Source of the DNA: Malacoraja senta
Lineage: Eukaryota
Direction of reading: 5' to 3'
Assembly: GCA_038087875.1 (NCBI GenBank)
Contig: JAXLNO010000511.1
Location: 186,001-250,000, forward strand
Length of the DNA: 64,000 nt
In this document: positions 9,275-22,100 of the stretch, piece by piece
Position numbering within the stretch: position 1 is the first letter of the stretch
Layout of the letters: every line of letters starts with the position of its first letter
Made by a program: the position numbers and the translations under genes
The notes under the pieces: generated by a model
What the model was told of the DNA's origin: nothing
Seen by the model: only the letters and a program-made list of their open reading frames with translations
The model's database searches: none

Positions 9275-10640
9275 GTGCGAAAAGGCAAAGGGAGGCGTGC
9301 AGGTAAACCTCAAGAGGACCGATGGCCTGAGAGTAGCGGGCGCCCGATTAAAGAGGCAGTGGCAGAAAAGTCAGCGACTGCAGAAACGGCAATTAAAAAT
9401 ACCGTTGCAGCACCATTGGGGTGCAAGGCCAAAAGAAAGACTGATCGGCCAGTAGACTCGGAAGAGTCAGACCCGGAGGTTACCCCACCTCAGGAAGACA
9501 TTATGTCTACTCGGGTCGCTAACCTGGAATTCCCCATTTATCAGGACCCACTCCAGGAAGAGTACAATCTGGCTTTGGCCTACAGGAGAGCCAGCGAAGG
9601 GTGTGCCTGGAAAAGTTGGGGTTCAGCGTTGGCCTCCAGAAGAGCCAGCGTCAGTAATGTGTCATGAAAGACAATATATGGGTTGGCCTACAGGAGAGCC
9701 AGCACCAGCAGTGTCTGAGGAAAGACAATTCATGCGTTGGCCTACAGGAGAGCCAGCGCCAGCAGCACCTGCAAAAGTGTTTACAATGCGTAGGCCTACG
9801 GGAGAGCCCGCGCTAGAAACACCTGAAGCAGGGATACCAGATCAGCCCCACTATGAGGAGGAATTTCCAGGCCAGCAAGATTCGGATGATGAATCATACG
9901 AGGACCAAAGCCCAGTAACAGAACCCAGAATAGCAGGTCTGGCCCAAAAATTCTCCGTTCCCAGACTGAAAGGGGAACCTTTGGCAGAGGATATAGCAAT
10001 GACAATAAATTACTTGCTCTCCCATCAGCTGGAGGAACTGACTATGGACGAGACTGTAAAAAAATATGAAACCCCGCAGAATTGCGCACTGCTAGCAGTC
10101 CCAGCAGTAAATAATGTAATATGGGGCTATTTGGGCATTGCAGTACGCGCACAAGAAATGAAATTGCAGAGGGTGTTGAAGTTGCTGGGGTCAGGTATTA
10201 CGGCTTTTGCCAGAGGCTTGGATGAGGAGCACGTGTCTATGTCACAACAGGATGCCTTAGAACTCATGTGTAATGCGCACTTTGAAATAAACTGTATTCG
10301 TAAAAGTGCTATAAGGCCTAACATACATCCTAAGTTTGCGGGGCTCTGTAAACCAACTAATATTCAATTGCATAATCTGCTTTTTGGAGAGAATCTAGCC
10401 AAAAGGGTGAAAGACCTGAATGAAGAAGCAAAAACCGTGGGAATGATAAAACCACCGGTGCTTGGCAGATCTATTCGAAGGCAATTTCCCTACCGAAGGG
10501 CGGTGACTAGGGCCGCTGAAGGAACAAGTCGGTCGTTCCCATATACGCGTTATTGGCGCACTGCTCCTGGGATCCGTGGAGTTTACAGTGTTCCCACTCA
10601 GAGCAGTGGACAACATTTGACACCAGCAAACCCTGAGGTA
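9275..10640 (+). pseudogene. DIRS gag-like ORF (frameshifted), with five 54-bp (18-aa) tandem repeats
   Basis: PQNCALLAVPAVNNVIW, IRKSAIRPNI and LLFGENL are gag-like motifs of DIRS elements; WPTGEPA-type repeats start at 9576, 9630, 9684, 9738 and 9792. Confidence 0.7.
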
Positions 10641-10679
10641 GGTGGGTCTGGTCCTGGAAGAAGCATATTAAGTGTTTCA

Positions 10680-12070
10680 CATTTGCAAATTGGGGGAAGG
10701 TTACAATTCTTCCTAAAAGAATGGCAAAAAATAACATCTGATGCGTTTATACTGTGCAGTATTATGGTGTTCAGAATTGAATTCTACCTATATTTGGATC
10801 CTCAACATGTTTCAAGTCGGACACGTATTTTCTCAAAAGAAGAGAATATGGACATTCAAGCGGAACTTGAAATATTGTGTGGGAAAGGGGTCATTGAAAA
10901 GTCAGTTCACCAACAGCACCAATTTGTGTCAAGCATTTTTCCTAGAGCAAAAAAGGATGGTGGCTGTAGAATTATTTTCGATCTTACAAGTCTTAACCCT
11001 TTTGTTCAGTATAAACATTTTAAAATGGAAACATTTGCCAATGCTATACAGCTAATTTCAAGAAAATACTATATGGCTGGCATAGATCTGCAAGATGCAT
11101 ATTACTCAGTGGCTGTGCATGGTAATGATCGAAGATACTTAAAGTTTAACTGAATGAGCCAATTATGGCAGTTTAAATCATTGCCTAATGGGTTAACCTC
11201 AGTCCCTAGACTATTTACGAAATTGTTAAAACCAATCTTAGCTTTGCTAAGAGCTCAGGGCCATTTGGTAAAGGGTTATTTTGATGATATTTTAATTGTG
11301 GGTAACACTCGGGCTACAACAGAAGCATCGGTGTCAATAGTCAAGCTCACATTTGAGAGGCTGGTGTTTGTGATACATCCAGATAAATCCAAATTGTCAC
11401 CAAGCACAGTGATTGATTACTTGGGGTTCACTATTAATTCAGAACACGTGATAGTGACTTTGCCCAAGGATAAAAAGCTGCAGTTAATTGAGGGTTGTAT
11501 CAAGCTCATTACACAGCATCAACCATCAATTAGGCAAGTGGCAAGCTTGCTTGGCAAACTAATTGCTTCATTTCCAGCTGTGCAGTTTGGTCCACTGCAT
11601 TATCAGCAACTGCAGCGAGCAAAGGTACAAGCGTTGAGGAGACATTTAGGGCATTTTGATAGACCCATGCAATTACCAGTAGCAGCTATTACTGAAATAC
11701 AATGGTGGATCAGGAGTGTCTCATATGCTTCCAGGGAAATTCTGGTTGAAACACCTGCTATTATTCTGCAGACTGAGGAGCTACTGATACTATTTCCAGC
11801 TGTGGACGCAGATGGAATGTGGAAGAAGTACCATGTGTTCCAAGCACATGGGATCAATTGCCTAGAACTGTTAGGTACATTTTATGGGCTTAAAGGTTAT
11901 TGCTCTAATGTGCAAAACTTGCATGTACAGGTTCAGATTGACAACACTACGGCTGTTGGGTGGAATCAAGTCAGAATCTTGTGATAGATTGGGAAACGTT
12001 ATCTGGAACTGGTATATTAGCAGAAATATTTGGCTTTCGGCAATCTACCTACCAGGTAGATTCAACATAA
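10680..12070 (+). pseudogene. DIRS reverse transcriptase / RNase H (stop at 11151-11153, frameshift near 11960)
   Basis: IGGRLQFFLKEWQKITSD, KKDGGCRIIFDL, IDLQDAYYSV, LPNGLTSVPRLFTK, GYFDDILI, YLG, HGINCLEL, IDNTTAV. Confidence 0.92.
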
Positions 12071-12520
12071 TCGCAGAAACCAGGTCACTTAAATTCAATG
12101 ACAATACAGAATGGATGTTAAATCGTGACAACTTTACTAAAATAGTTGCGCAATTTGGGATGACAGATATTAACTTGTTTGCATCTAGACTTAACCACCA
12201 ATTACCTAATATGTTTCATGGGAACCAGATCCTGTTGCAACAGCGGTGGATGCATTCCCGCTACATTGGGGTGGAATGTTTTTGTATGCATTTCCTCCAT
12301 TTTGTCTCATTAGTAGGTGTCTACAAAAGATCAAGCAGGACTCTGCTTCAGGAGTGTTGGTGGTACCAGATTGGCCTACACAACCATGGTACCCACTGGT
12401 TTTAAAAATGATCACAAAGCCTCTTATGGTTATTCCTAAACAAGAAACCCTACTTGTGCACCCTGTAACTGGTGATTCGCATCCTTTACATGATCATATT
12501 GGTTTGTTGATTTGCAGGTT
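12070..12520 (+). pseudogene. DIRS C-terminal methyltransferase-like (Dam-like) domain, frameshifted
   Basis: DINLFASRLNHQLP ... DAFPLHW..LYAFPPFCLISRCLQKI..VLVVPDWPTQPWYP. Confidence 0.8.
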
Positions 12521-14275
12521 CCAAGGAGGCCATATCTCGGAAGAGGACTATCAGAGCGTACGGTGGATGTTATTGCAGCAGCCTGGAGGAATAGTACCCA
12601 AAAGCAGTACATTTCTTACATAAGAAAATGGGAGGTGTTTTGCTTAAGGCAGAATATTTCGTATCACACTGCAAACATCCCAGATGTGTTAGAGTTTCTG
12701 TCAACTCTCTATTTTGATTTGAAATTAAGTTATATTGCTATCAATACTGCAAGAAGTGCCCTCTCTGCATATCTATGGAGGGAGTCAGAACAATATCTTG
12801 TAGGATCACACCCTTTGGTCTGGAGGTTTATGAAGGGAATTTTCAATTCCAAGCCTCCTAGACCTAGGTATACAGAAATCTGTAATGTGAGGGATGTTCT
12901 GATGTTACTTCGTCAATGGACTCCAATTTCAGCTCTGTCTTTGGCCAAGGATACCATTATGCTCATGGCACTAGGTTCAGCACAGAGAGTGCGAACATTG
13001 CAGAAATTACGAATAGGTAGGATGGTAGTGGCAGCAGATGCCGTTACATTCTATGTCTATGATTTACTAAAATAGAGCAGACCTGGAGTCACGGGGTGTA
13101 AGTTGTTTTTTTCAGCATATCCTACCGACCCAAGACTATGAGCGGAGCTCGTTTACGGGTCGCCACTCACGGTGCCCGGGGAGTTCGTGCCGTCGGCGCC
13201 GGGGCAGCAGGGAACGCCCTCATCCACCCTAAAGCGCCTTGGCGAGCAAGTTGGCAGGCTCGCACCCATCCCGACGTCCCGCCATGGGACATTTCGCCCA
13301 CACGTGCCATCAGCCCTCAGGGACTGCCCGTACGTCTTCCTGCGCCGTGATGCCCACCGGACGCCACTCCAGAGGCCGTACCAGGGCCCGTTCCGAGTGC
13401 TGGAAAACGGGCAGTCGACTTTTGTCCTGGACATTGGGGGCCGGCCGGAGGCAGTGTCGATTGACCGTTTGAAGCCGGCACACCTGGACATTGACCAGCC
13501 GGTGCTGGTTGCCCAACCTCGGCCTCGAGGGCGCCCCCCTTCACGGCTCCCTCCGCCTGTCACTCCACCTGTCCTCCCGCCGGTCCCTCATCCTGTCCCT
13601 CCACCTATGTCTCCGCAAGCCCCACGAGCGGCTAACTTCCGCACGCGGGCCGGCCGGGTCGTTCGCCCGCCGGTGCGTTTCGTGCCTCTGGTTCTGGGGG
13701 GGTCCTGTGGCGGCTCCCAAGGGTCGTGCCATCATAGTGTCGAACCCCTCGGCACAGGAGTGGTTTAGTCCGGAGGCGGCCCTTTGCCGGAGGCTTTAAA
13801 GGCAGGGGTTTGGGTGCCATCTTCCTCTCGCTTGGTCTTCCCTAGAACTGGGAGGAACATAATAAAAAGTGCTTCTCAAAACACGACTTCGTGCTTCATT
13901 CCGAGTCCCACGCACTACAGTGTCACATTTAAGATGTTACTTTGAAGCCACCAGGAACTTAAGAGGTGAAGAATCAGCATTCTTTATCAGCCATAAAAAA
14001 CACATTAGAAAGTGTCAGTGCAGACTATCTCAAGGTGGCTGAAGCAGGTGCTGGTTGATGCAGGGATTGATACTGACAAATTTAAATCTCATTCCACCAG
14101 GACGGCATCAACATCGGCGGCCAGGGATTTGGACGTCCCAATAGACCATATCCTCGCGGCCGGAGGATGGGCAGGTGAACAGATGTTTCACAAGTATTAC
14201 CATAAAGAAATTGCAGAACCTGGGGTATTTGGTGGTGCTGTTTTGGATTCAGTGTTAAGTTCCCCTCTGGGATAA
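12512..14275 (+). pseudogene. DIRS tyrosine recombinase, interrupted by a Gypsy insertion, stops and frameshifts
   Basis: N-terminal WRNSTQKQY, INTARSALS and HPLVWRFMKG; catalytic R (AQRV), HSTR, GW and FHKYY. Confidence 0.9.
13141..13919 (+). mobile_element. Gypsy LTR retrotransposon 3' fragment (integrase C-terminus, PPT, 3' LTR 13706-13919) nested in the DIRS YR
   Basis: AELVYGSPLTVPGEF, YQGPFRV (GPY/F module), VSIDRLKPA, RTRAGRVVRPP; G-run PPT then TGT...AATAAA...CTACA. The YR reading resumes on both sides (DPRL | VSHLRCY). Confidence 0.92.
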
Positions 14276-14426
14276 AGGGGGGGAAATTTGTTATGATAAA
14301 TAAACCATTAACTGATTGCATCAATGTTATGGTTATATATTATTGATTATTTTCACTCATTCAGAGTCAATCAATGCAGTGAGACGCCCGGATTTGAATC
14401 TACGGCATGAAATCACAGCTTTGAAA

Positions 14427-14539
14427 TCTTCACGTAGTCACTCACGTGACTCCGAAGTAAAATAGTGAGATTAAACGAGAATTTACCAGTTTGAAGTTTG
14501 ATCTTTATTTTATGAGGAGTTACGATGACGGACTACGTG
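14427..14539. other. DIRS internal complementary region (ICR)
   Basis: Complement of the left terminus joined at aaaat to the complement of the right terminus. Confidence 0.9.
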
Positions 14540-17500
14540 CCCTCCGCTCCCACGCTCATAAAGATCAGAAGTTATGTTTTTCTCACTTATCTTACTATTA
14601 TGCTTCGGTAATAATTATCTGTGATTTCACACCGCTGCTTTGAAGATTGACGCGTGTGCGCCTGGACGGGGTCTTCTTCACTTAGTCCCTCATCGTAACT
14701 CCTCATAAAATAAAGATCAAACTGGTAAATTCTCGTTTAATCTCACTATTTTGTCGCTTTTCATGCCCTGAATTTACGTCGCCTTTGGCGTTTTGAATTT
14801 TCGGCGCCTTTGGCGTCCTGAATTTTCATCAATTTTCACGTGCTGAATTTTCGTCGCTTTTCACATGCTGAATTTTCGTCGCTTTATGTGTGCTGAAATT
14901 TCGGCGCTTTTTTGTGTGCTGCAATTTCGTCGCTTTTCACGTCCTGAAGGTTTGTCACTTTTTGTATGCCGAAATTTTGTCACTTTTCGTGTCCTGAAAT
15001 TTTATCGCTTCATGCATCCTGGACTTTTGTTGCTTTTTGTACCCTGAATTTTCGTCGTTTTTCGCATGCTGAATTTTCGTCGCTGTACGCCTCCTGGTGT
15101 TTTGTCGCTTTTCGCGTCCTGAATTTTCGTCGCTTTTCGTATGCTGAATTTTCGTCGCTTTTCACGTGCTGAATTTTTGTAGCTTTTCGCATGCTGAATT
15201 TTCGTCCCTTTTCACGTGCTGAATTTTCATCGCTTTTCACGTTCTGAAATTTTGTCACTTTTCCGTGCTGAATTTTTGTTGCTTTTCACATCCTGAAAGT
15301 TCGTCGCTTTTCGCGTGGTGAATTTTCGTCACTTTTCATGTGCTGAATTTTCGTCGCTTTTTGTGCCCTGAAAATTAGTTGCATTTCACGTCCTGAATTT
15401 TTGTCACATTTCATGTCCTGAATTTTCGTCACATTTAGCGTCCCGAATTTTCATCGCTTTTCGCTTCCTGAAGGTTTGTTTCTTTTCGTGTGCTTAATTT
15501 TCGTCGCTTTTCATGTGCTGAAATGTTGTCGCTTTTCGCATGGTGAATTTTCGTCACTTTTACTATGCTGAAATGTCGTCGCTTTTCACGTCCTGAAATC
15601 TCTTCACTTTTCGCGTGCTGAATTTTCGTTGCTTTTGCGTGCTTAATTTTCGTCGCTTTTCATGTTCTGAAATGTCGTCACTTTTTGCGTGCTGAATTTT
15701 CAGCGCTTTTCATGTGCTGAATTTTTGTCGCTTTTTGCATGCAGAATTTTCGTCGCTGTTTTTGTGCTTCATTTTCATCGCTCTTCGCGTCTTGAAGGTT
15801 CGTCTCTTTTCGCATGCTGAATTTTCGTCGCTTTTCGCGTGATGAAATTTCGTCAGATTTCATGTCCTGAAATTTCGTTGCCTTTCTCATCCTGAAATTT
15901 CGTCGCTTTATGCGTCCTGATATTACGTCGCTTTTCGCCTGCTGAATTTTTAATGCTTTTTGCATGCTGAATTTTCATCGCTTTTTGCGTGCTACATTTT
16001 CGTCAATTTTCACGTTCTGAACTTTAGTCACTTTTTGCGTGCGGAATTTTCATCGCTTTTCGCGTCATGAAGGTTTGTCGCTATTCGCGTGCTGAATTTT
16101 CGTCACTTTCGTATGCTCAATTTTCATTGCTTTTCGTGTGTTGAAATTTCGCCGCTTTTCACGTTCTGAAATTTCGCCGCTTTTCACGTTCTGAAATTAC
16201 TTCGCTTTATGCATCCTGGTGTTTTGTCACTTTCCGCATGCTGAATTTTCGACGCTTTTTGTTTGCTGAAATTTTGGCACTTTTTGTGTGCTGAAATTTC
16301 GTCGCTTTTCATGTTCTGAAATTTCGTCGCTTGATGTGTCCTGTAATTTCGTCGCGTTTCGCATGCTGAAATTTAGTCGCTTTTTGTGTGCTGAAATTTC
16401 GGCGCTTTTCGTGTGCTGATATTTCGTCACTTTTCACGTCATGAAATTTCGTCACTTTTGGCGTGCTGAATTTTTGGCGCTTTTCATGTCCTGAAGGATC
16501 GTCGCTTTTCACGTCCTGAAGGATCGTCACTTTTCGCGTGCTGAATTTTCGTCGCCTTATTCGTCCTGATATTACGTCGCCTTTCGCGTGCTGAAATTTT
16601 GTCGCTTTTTGCATGCTGAATTTTCGTCGCTTTTTGCGTGTTTCATTTTCATTGCTTTTCGTGTCTTGAAGGTTCGTCGCTTTCCACATGCTGAATTTTT
16701 GTCGCTTTTCGCGTGCTAAATTTTCGTCGCTTTTAACGTTCTGAAATGTAGTCACTTTTGCCTGCGGAATTTCTGTCGCTTTTCGCCTCCTGAAGGTTTG
16801 TCGCTTTACTCGTGCTGAATTTTTGTCACTTTACGCGTTCTGAATTTTCGTTGGTTTTAACGTCCTGAACGTTCCTCTCTTTTCGCGAGCTGAATTTTCG
16901 TCGCTTTCCGCATGCTGAATTTTCGTCGCTTTTCGCGTGATGAAATTTCGTCGGCTTTCATGTCCTGAAATTTCGTCGCTTTATTCATCCTGATATTACG
17001 TCGCTTTTCAGGTGCTGCATTTTTAATGCTTTTTGCATGCTGAATTTTCATCGCTTTTTGCATGCTAAATGTTCTGAACTTTCGTCAATTTTCGTGTGCG
17101 GAATTTCCGTCGCTTTTCGCGTCCTGAAGGTTTGTCGCTTTTCGCGTGCTGAATTTTCGTCACTTTACGCGTGCAGAATTTTAGTTGGTTTTAATGTCCT
17201 GAAGGTTCCTCTCTTTTCATGTGCTGAATTTTCGTCACTTTTCGTATGCTGAATTTTCGTCGCTTTTCGTGTGTTGATATTTCGGTGCTTTTCACGTTCT
17301 GAAATTTCGCCGCTTTTCACGTTCTGAAATTTCGCCGCTTTTCACGTTCTGAAATTACGTCGCTTTATGCGTCCTGATGTTTCATCGCTTTCCGCATGCT
17401 GAATTTCCATTGCTTTTCATGTGCTGAAATTTCGCCGCTTTACACGTTCTGAAATTTCGTTGCATTATGCATCGCTTTATTAGTCCTGATGTTTCGTCGC

Positions 17501-19030
17501 TATTCGCATGCTGGATTTTCGTCGCTTGTCGTCTGCTGAAAATTCGTCGCTTTTACACGTGCTGAATTTTTGTCACTTTACGCAAGTCGAAATTTCGTTG
17601 TTTTTAACGTCCTGAAGGTTCCTCTCTTTGCGTGCAGAATTTTCGTCGCTTTTCATGTGCTGATATTTCGTCGCTTTTCTTGTCCTGAAGGATTGTCACT
17701 TTTCGCGTGCTGAATTTTCGTCGCTTTTCAAATGGTGAATTTTCGTTGCTTATATTATGTTGAAATGTCATCGCTTTTCACGTCCTGAAATTTCGCCACT
17801 TTTCTCGTGCTGAATTTTCGTCGCTTTTTGCATGGTGAATTTTCATCGCTTTTAATATGCTGAAATTTCGTCGCTTTTCACGTCCTGAAATTTCGTCGCT
17901 TTTCGCATGCAGAATTATTGTCGTTTTCGCGTGCAGAATTTCCGTTGCTTTTCACGTCGTGCTGGTTCATCAATTTTCGTGTGCCGACATTTTGTTGCAT
18001 TTCATCTCCTGAAATGTTGTCGCTTCATGCATCCTGAAATTTTGTCTCATTTCGCATCTTGAATTTACGTCGCTTTTGACATTTTAAATTTTCGTCGCCT
18101 TTTGCGTCCTGAAGGTTCGTCACTTTTCGCGTGCTGAATCTTCGTCGCTTTTCGCGTGTTGAAATTTCGTCGCTTTTCATGTTCTGAAATTTCGTCGCTT
18201 TATGCGTCCTGTAATTTCGTTGCTTTTCGCATGGTGAATTTTCATCACTTTTCACAGGCTGAATTTTCGTCGCTTCTCACAGGCTGAATTTTTGTCGCTT
18301 TTCGCGTGCTGAAATTTCGTCGCCTTTCATGTCCTGAAATTTCGTCGCCTTTCACATCCTGAAATTTCGTCGGTTTATTCGTCCTGATATTACGTCGCTT
18401 TTCAATTGCTGAATTTTGGTCGCTTTTTGCATGCTGAATATCCGTTGCTTTTCGCGTGCTGAAATTTCGTCGCCTTATTCGTCCTGATATTACGTCGCTT
18501 TTCGCGTGCTGAATTTTTGTTGCTTTTTGCATGCTGAATTTTCGTTGCTGTTTGGTGCTTCATTTTCATCGCTTTTCGCGTCCTGAAGGTTCGTCGCTTT
18601 TCGCATGCTGAATTGTCATCGCTTTTCGCATGCTGAAATTTCGTCGCCTTATTCGTACTGATATTACGTCGCTTTTCGCGTGCTGAATTTTAGTTGCTTT
18701 TTGCATGCTGAATTTTCATAACTTTTCGCGTGCTAAATTTTCGTCACTTCACGTTCTGCATGCGGAATGTTCGTGACTTTACGCGTGCAGAATTTTAGTT
18801 GGTTTTAATGTCCTGAAGGTTCCTCTCTTTTCACGTGCTGAATTTTCGTCACTTTTCGTATGCTGAATTTTCGTCGCTTTTCCTGTGTTGATATTTCGCC
18901 GCTTTTCACGTTCTGAAATTTCGCCGCTTTTCACGTTCTGAAATTTCGCCGCTTTTCACGTTCTGAAATTACGTCGCTTTATGCGTCCTGATGTTTCGTC
19001 GCTTTCCGCATGCTGAATTGTCGTCGCATT

Positions 19031-19117
19031 TCAGCCATGATCATATTGAATGGCAGTGCAGGCTCGAAGGGCCGAGTGGCCTACTCCTGCACCTATTTTC
19101 TATGGATCTATGTATCT
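19031..19117 (+). mobile_element. CR1-type LINE 3' tail embedded in the satellite (first of 10 copies; others start at 25095, 28631, 32200, 34102, 42078, 44152, 48481, 49588, 51377)
   Basis: tcagccatgatcatattgaatggcagtgcaggctcgaagggccgagtggcctactcctgcacctattttctatg..tctatgtatct, with the same flanking monomers each time. Confidence 0.85.
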
Positions 19118-22100
19118 GTTTTGTGTGCTGAAATTTCGGCACTTTTCGTGTGTTGAAATTTCTTCACTTTTCATGTTCTGAAATTTCGTCGCTTTATGCG
19201 TCCTGTAATTTCGTCGCGTTTCGCATGCTGTATTTTAGTCGCTTTTTGTGTGCTGAATTTTTGTCGCTTTTCGTGTGCTGATATTTCGTCGCTTTTCATG
19301 TCCTGAAGGATCGTCACTTTTCGCGTGCTGAATTTTCGTCGCTTTTATTATGCTGAAATTTCGTCGCTTTTCACGTCCTGAAATTTCGCCACTTTTCTCG
19401 TGCTGACTTTTCGTCGCTTTTCGCATGGTGAATTTTCGTCACTTTTAGTATGCTGAAATTTCGTCGCTTTTCACGTCCTGAAATTTCGTCGCTTTTCGCG
19501 TGCAGAATTCTCGTCGCTTTTCGCGTGCTGAATTTTCGTCGCTTTTCACGTTCTGAAGGTTCATCACTTTTCGTGTGCCGAAATTTTGTCACTTTTGCTC
19601 TCCTGAAATGTTGTCGCTTCATGCATCCTGAACTTATGTCGCATTTCGCATCTTGAATTTACATCGCTTTTGCATTTAAATTTTTCGTTGCCTTTCGTTG
19701 TCTTGAATGTTCGTCACTTTTCGCGTACTAAATTTTGGACATTGGTCACGTGCTGAATTATCATCTCTTTTTGCGTCCTGAAGGTTTGTCACTTTTCATG
19801 TGCTGAATTTTCATCGCTTTTCACAGGCTGAATTTTCGTCGCTGTTTGTGTCCTTCATTTTCATAGCTTTTCGCGTCTTGAAGTTTCGTCACTTTTCGCA
19901 TGCTGAATTTTCGTCGCCTTTCGCATGCTGATATTTCGTCGGCTTTCATGTCCTGAAATTTCGTCGCCTTTCACGTCCTGAAATTCCGTTTCTTTATTCA
20001 TCCTGATATTACGTCGCTTTTCGCATGCTGAATTTTTGTTGCTTTCCGCGTGCTGAATTTTCGTCGCCTTTCACGTCCCGAATGTTCGTCATTTTTCGCA
20101 TGCTGAATTTTTGTCGCTTTTTGTGTGCTGAAATTTTGTCGCTTTTCGTGTGCTGATATTTTGTCGCTTTTCACATCCTTAAATTTCGTCACTTGTCGTG
20201 CTGAATTTTCGTTGCTTTTCACATCCTGAAGGATTGTCGCTTTTCGCGTGCTGAAATTTCGTCTCTTTCCGCATGGTGAATTTCCATCACTTTTAGTATG
20301 CTGAAATTTCGTCGTTTTTCACGACCTGAAATTTCTTCACTTTTCGCGTGCTGAATGTTCGTCCCTTTTTGCGTGCTTAATTTTCGTCGCTTTTCATGTT
20401 CTGAAATTTCGTCACTTTTTGCGTGCTGAATTTTCGTCGCTTTTCGTGTGCTGATATTTCATCGCTTTTCACGTCCTGAAATTACGTCATTTTTGGTGGG
20501 CTGAATTTTTGTTGCTTGTCGCCTGCTGAATTGTTGTTACTTTTCACATGATAAATTTTTGTCACTTTTCACATGCTGAATTATCGTCGCTTTTTGTGTC
20601 CTGAAGGTTCGTCACTTAACGTGCTGAATTTTCATTGCTTTTCACAGGCTGAAATTTCGTCGCTTTTCGTGTGCTGAAATTTCGTCGCCTTTCATGTCCT
20701 GAAATTTTGTCGCCTTTCACATCCTGAAATTTCGTCGCTTTATTCGTCCTGATATTACGTCGCTTTTCGCGTGCTGAATTTTTGTCGCTTTTTGCATGTT
20801 GAATTTTCGTCGCTGTTTGTGTGCTTAATTTTCATCGCTTTTCGCGTCTTGAAGGTTCGACGCTTTTCGCGTGCTGAATTTTCGTCGCTTTTCGTGTGCT
20901 GATATTTCATCGCTTTTCACGTCCTGAAATTACGTCATTTTTGGTGGGCTGAATTTTTGTTGCTTGTCGCCTGCTGAATTGTTGTTACTTTTCACATGAT
21001 AAATTGTTGTCACTTTTCACATGCTGAATTATCGTCGCTTTTTGTGTCCTGAAGGTTCGTCACTTAACGTGCTGAATTTTCATTGCTTTTCACAGGCTGA
21101 AATTTCGTCGCTTTTCGTGTGCTGAAATTTCGTCGCCTTTCATGTCCTGAAATTTTGTTGCTTTATTCGTCCTGATATTACGTCGCTTTTCGCGTGCTGA
21201 ATTTTTGTCGCTTTTTGCATGCTGAATTTCCGTCGCTGTTTGTGTGCTTAATTTTCATCGCTTTTCGCGTCTTGAAGGTTCGACGCTTTTCGCATGCTGA
21301 ATTTTCGTCGCTTTTCGCGTGCTAAAATTTCGTCGGCTTTCATGTCCTGAAATTTCGTTGCCTTTCACGTCCTGAAATTTCGTCGCTTTATTCGTCCTTT
21401 ATTTCGTCACTTTTGGCGTGCTGAATTATTTTTCCTTTTTAGCTGGTGAATTTTCATCGCTTTTTGCGTGCTAAATTTTCGTCACTTTTCATGTTCTGAA
21501 ATTTCCGTCGCTTTTCGCGCCCTGAAGGCTTGTCGCTTTTCGCGTGCTCAATTTTAGTTGGTTTTAATGTCCTGAAGGTTCCTCTCTTTTCGCGTGCTGA
21601 ATTTTCGTCACTTTTCACGTTCTGATGTTTCGTCGCTTTCCGCATGCTGAATTTTCGTCGCTTTTTGTGCTGAAATTTTGTCGCTTTATGCGTCCTGTAA
21701 TTTCGTCACGTTTTGCATGGTGAATTTTCGTCGCTTTTTGTGTGCTGAAATTTCGGCACTTTTTGTGTGCTGAAATTTTGTCGCTATTCATGTTCTGAAA
21801 TGTCGTCGCTTTATGTGTCCTGTAATTTTGTCGCATTTCGCATGCTGAATTTGAGTCGCTTTTAGTGTGCTAAAATTTCGTCGCTTTTCGTGTGCTGATA
21901 TTTCGTCGCTTTTCATGTCCTGAAATTTCGTCACTTTTGGCATGCTGAATTTTTGTCGCTTTTCACGTCCTGAAGGATCGTCACTTTTCGCGTGCTGAAA
22001 TTTTGTCGATTTTCGCATGGTGAATTTTCGTCACTTTTTGTGTGCTGATACTTCATCGCTTTTCACGTCCTGAAATTTCGTCATTTTGGCAGGCTGAATT

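Larger units (their letters stand above)
9123..14752 (+). mobile_element. DIRS1-type tyrosine-recombinase retrotransposon, near full length but decayed
   Basis: gag, RT/RH, MT and YR order. Left terminus 9123-9147 is the perfect reverse complement of 14439-14463; 14459-14539 is complementary to the right terminus ~14679-14752 (ICR). No conventional TSD; both ends share ATTTT. Confidence 0.95.

Noticed and set aside
9603..11153. 516-aa ORF as a host gene
   Set aside because: It is DIRS gag running into the RT N-terminus, ending at a nonsense codon within RT.
12070..14275. Phage or bacterial contamination (Dam-like methylase plus integrase)
   Set aside because: Both are standard DIRS1 domains here, lying downstream of RT/RH and within the element termini.
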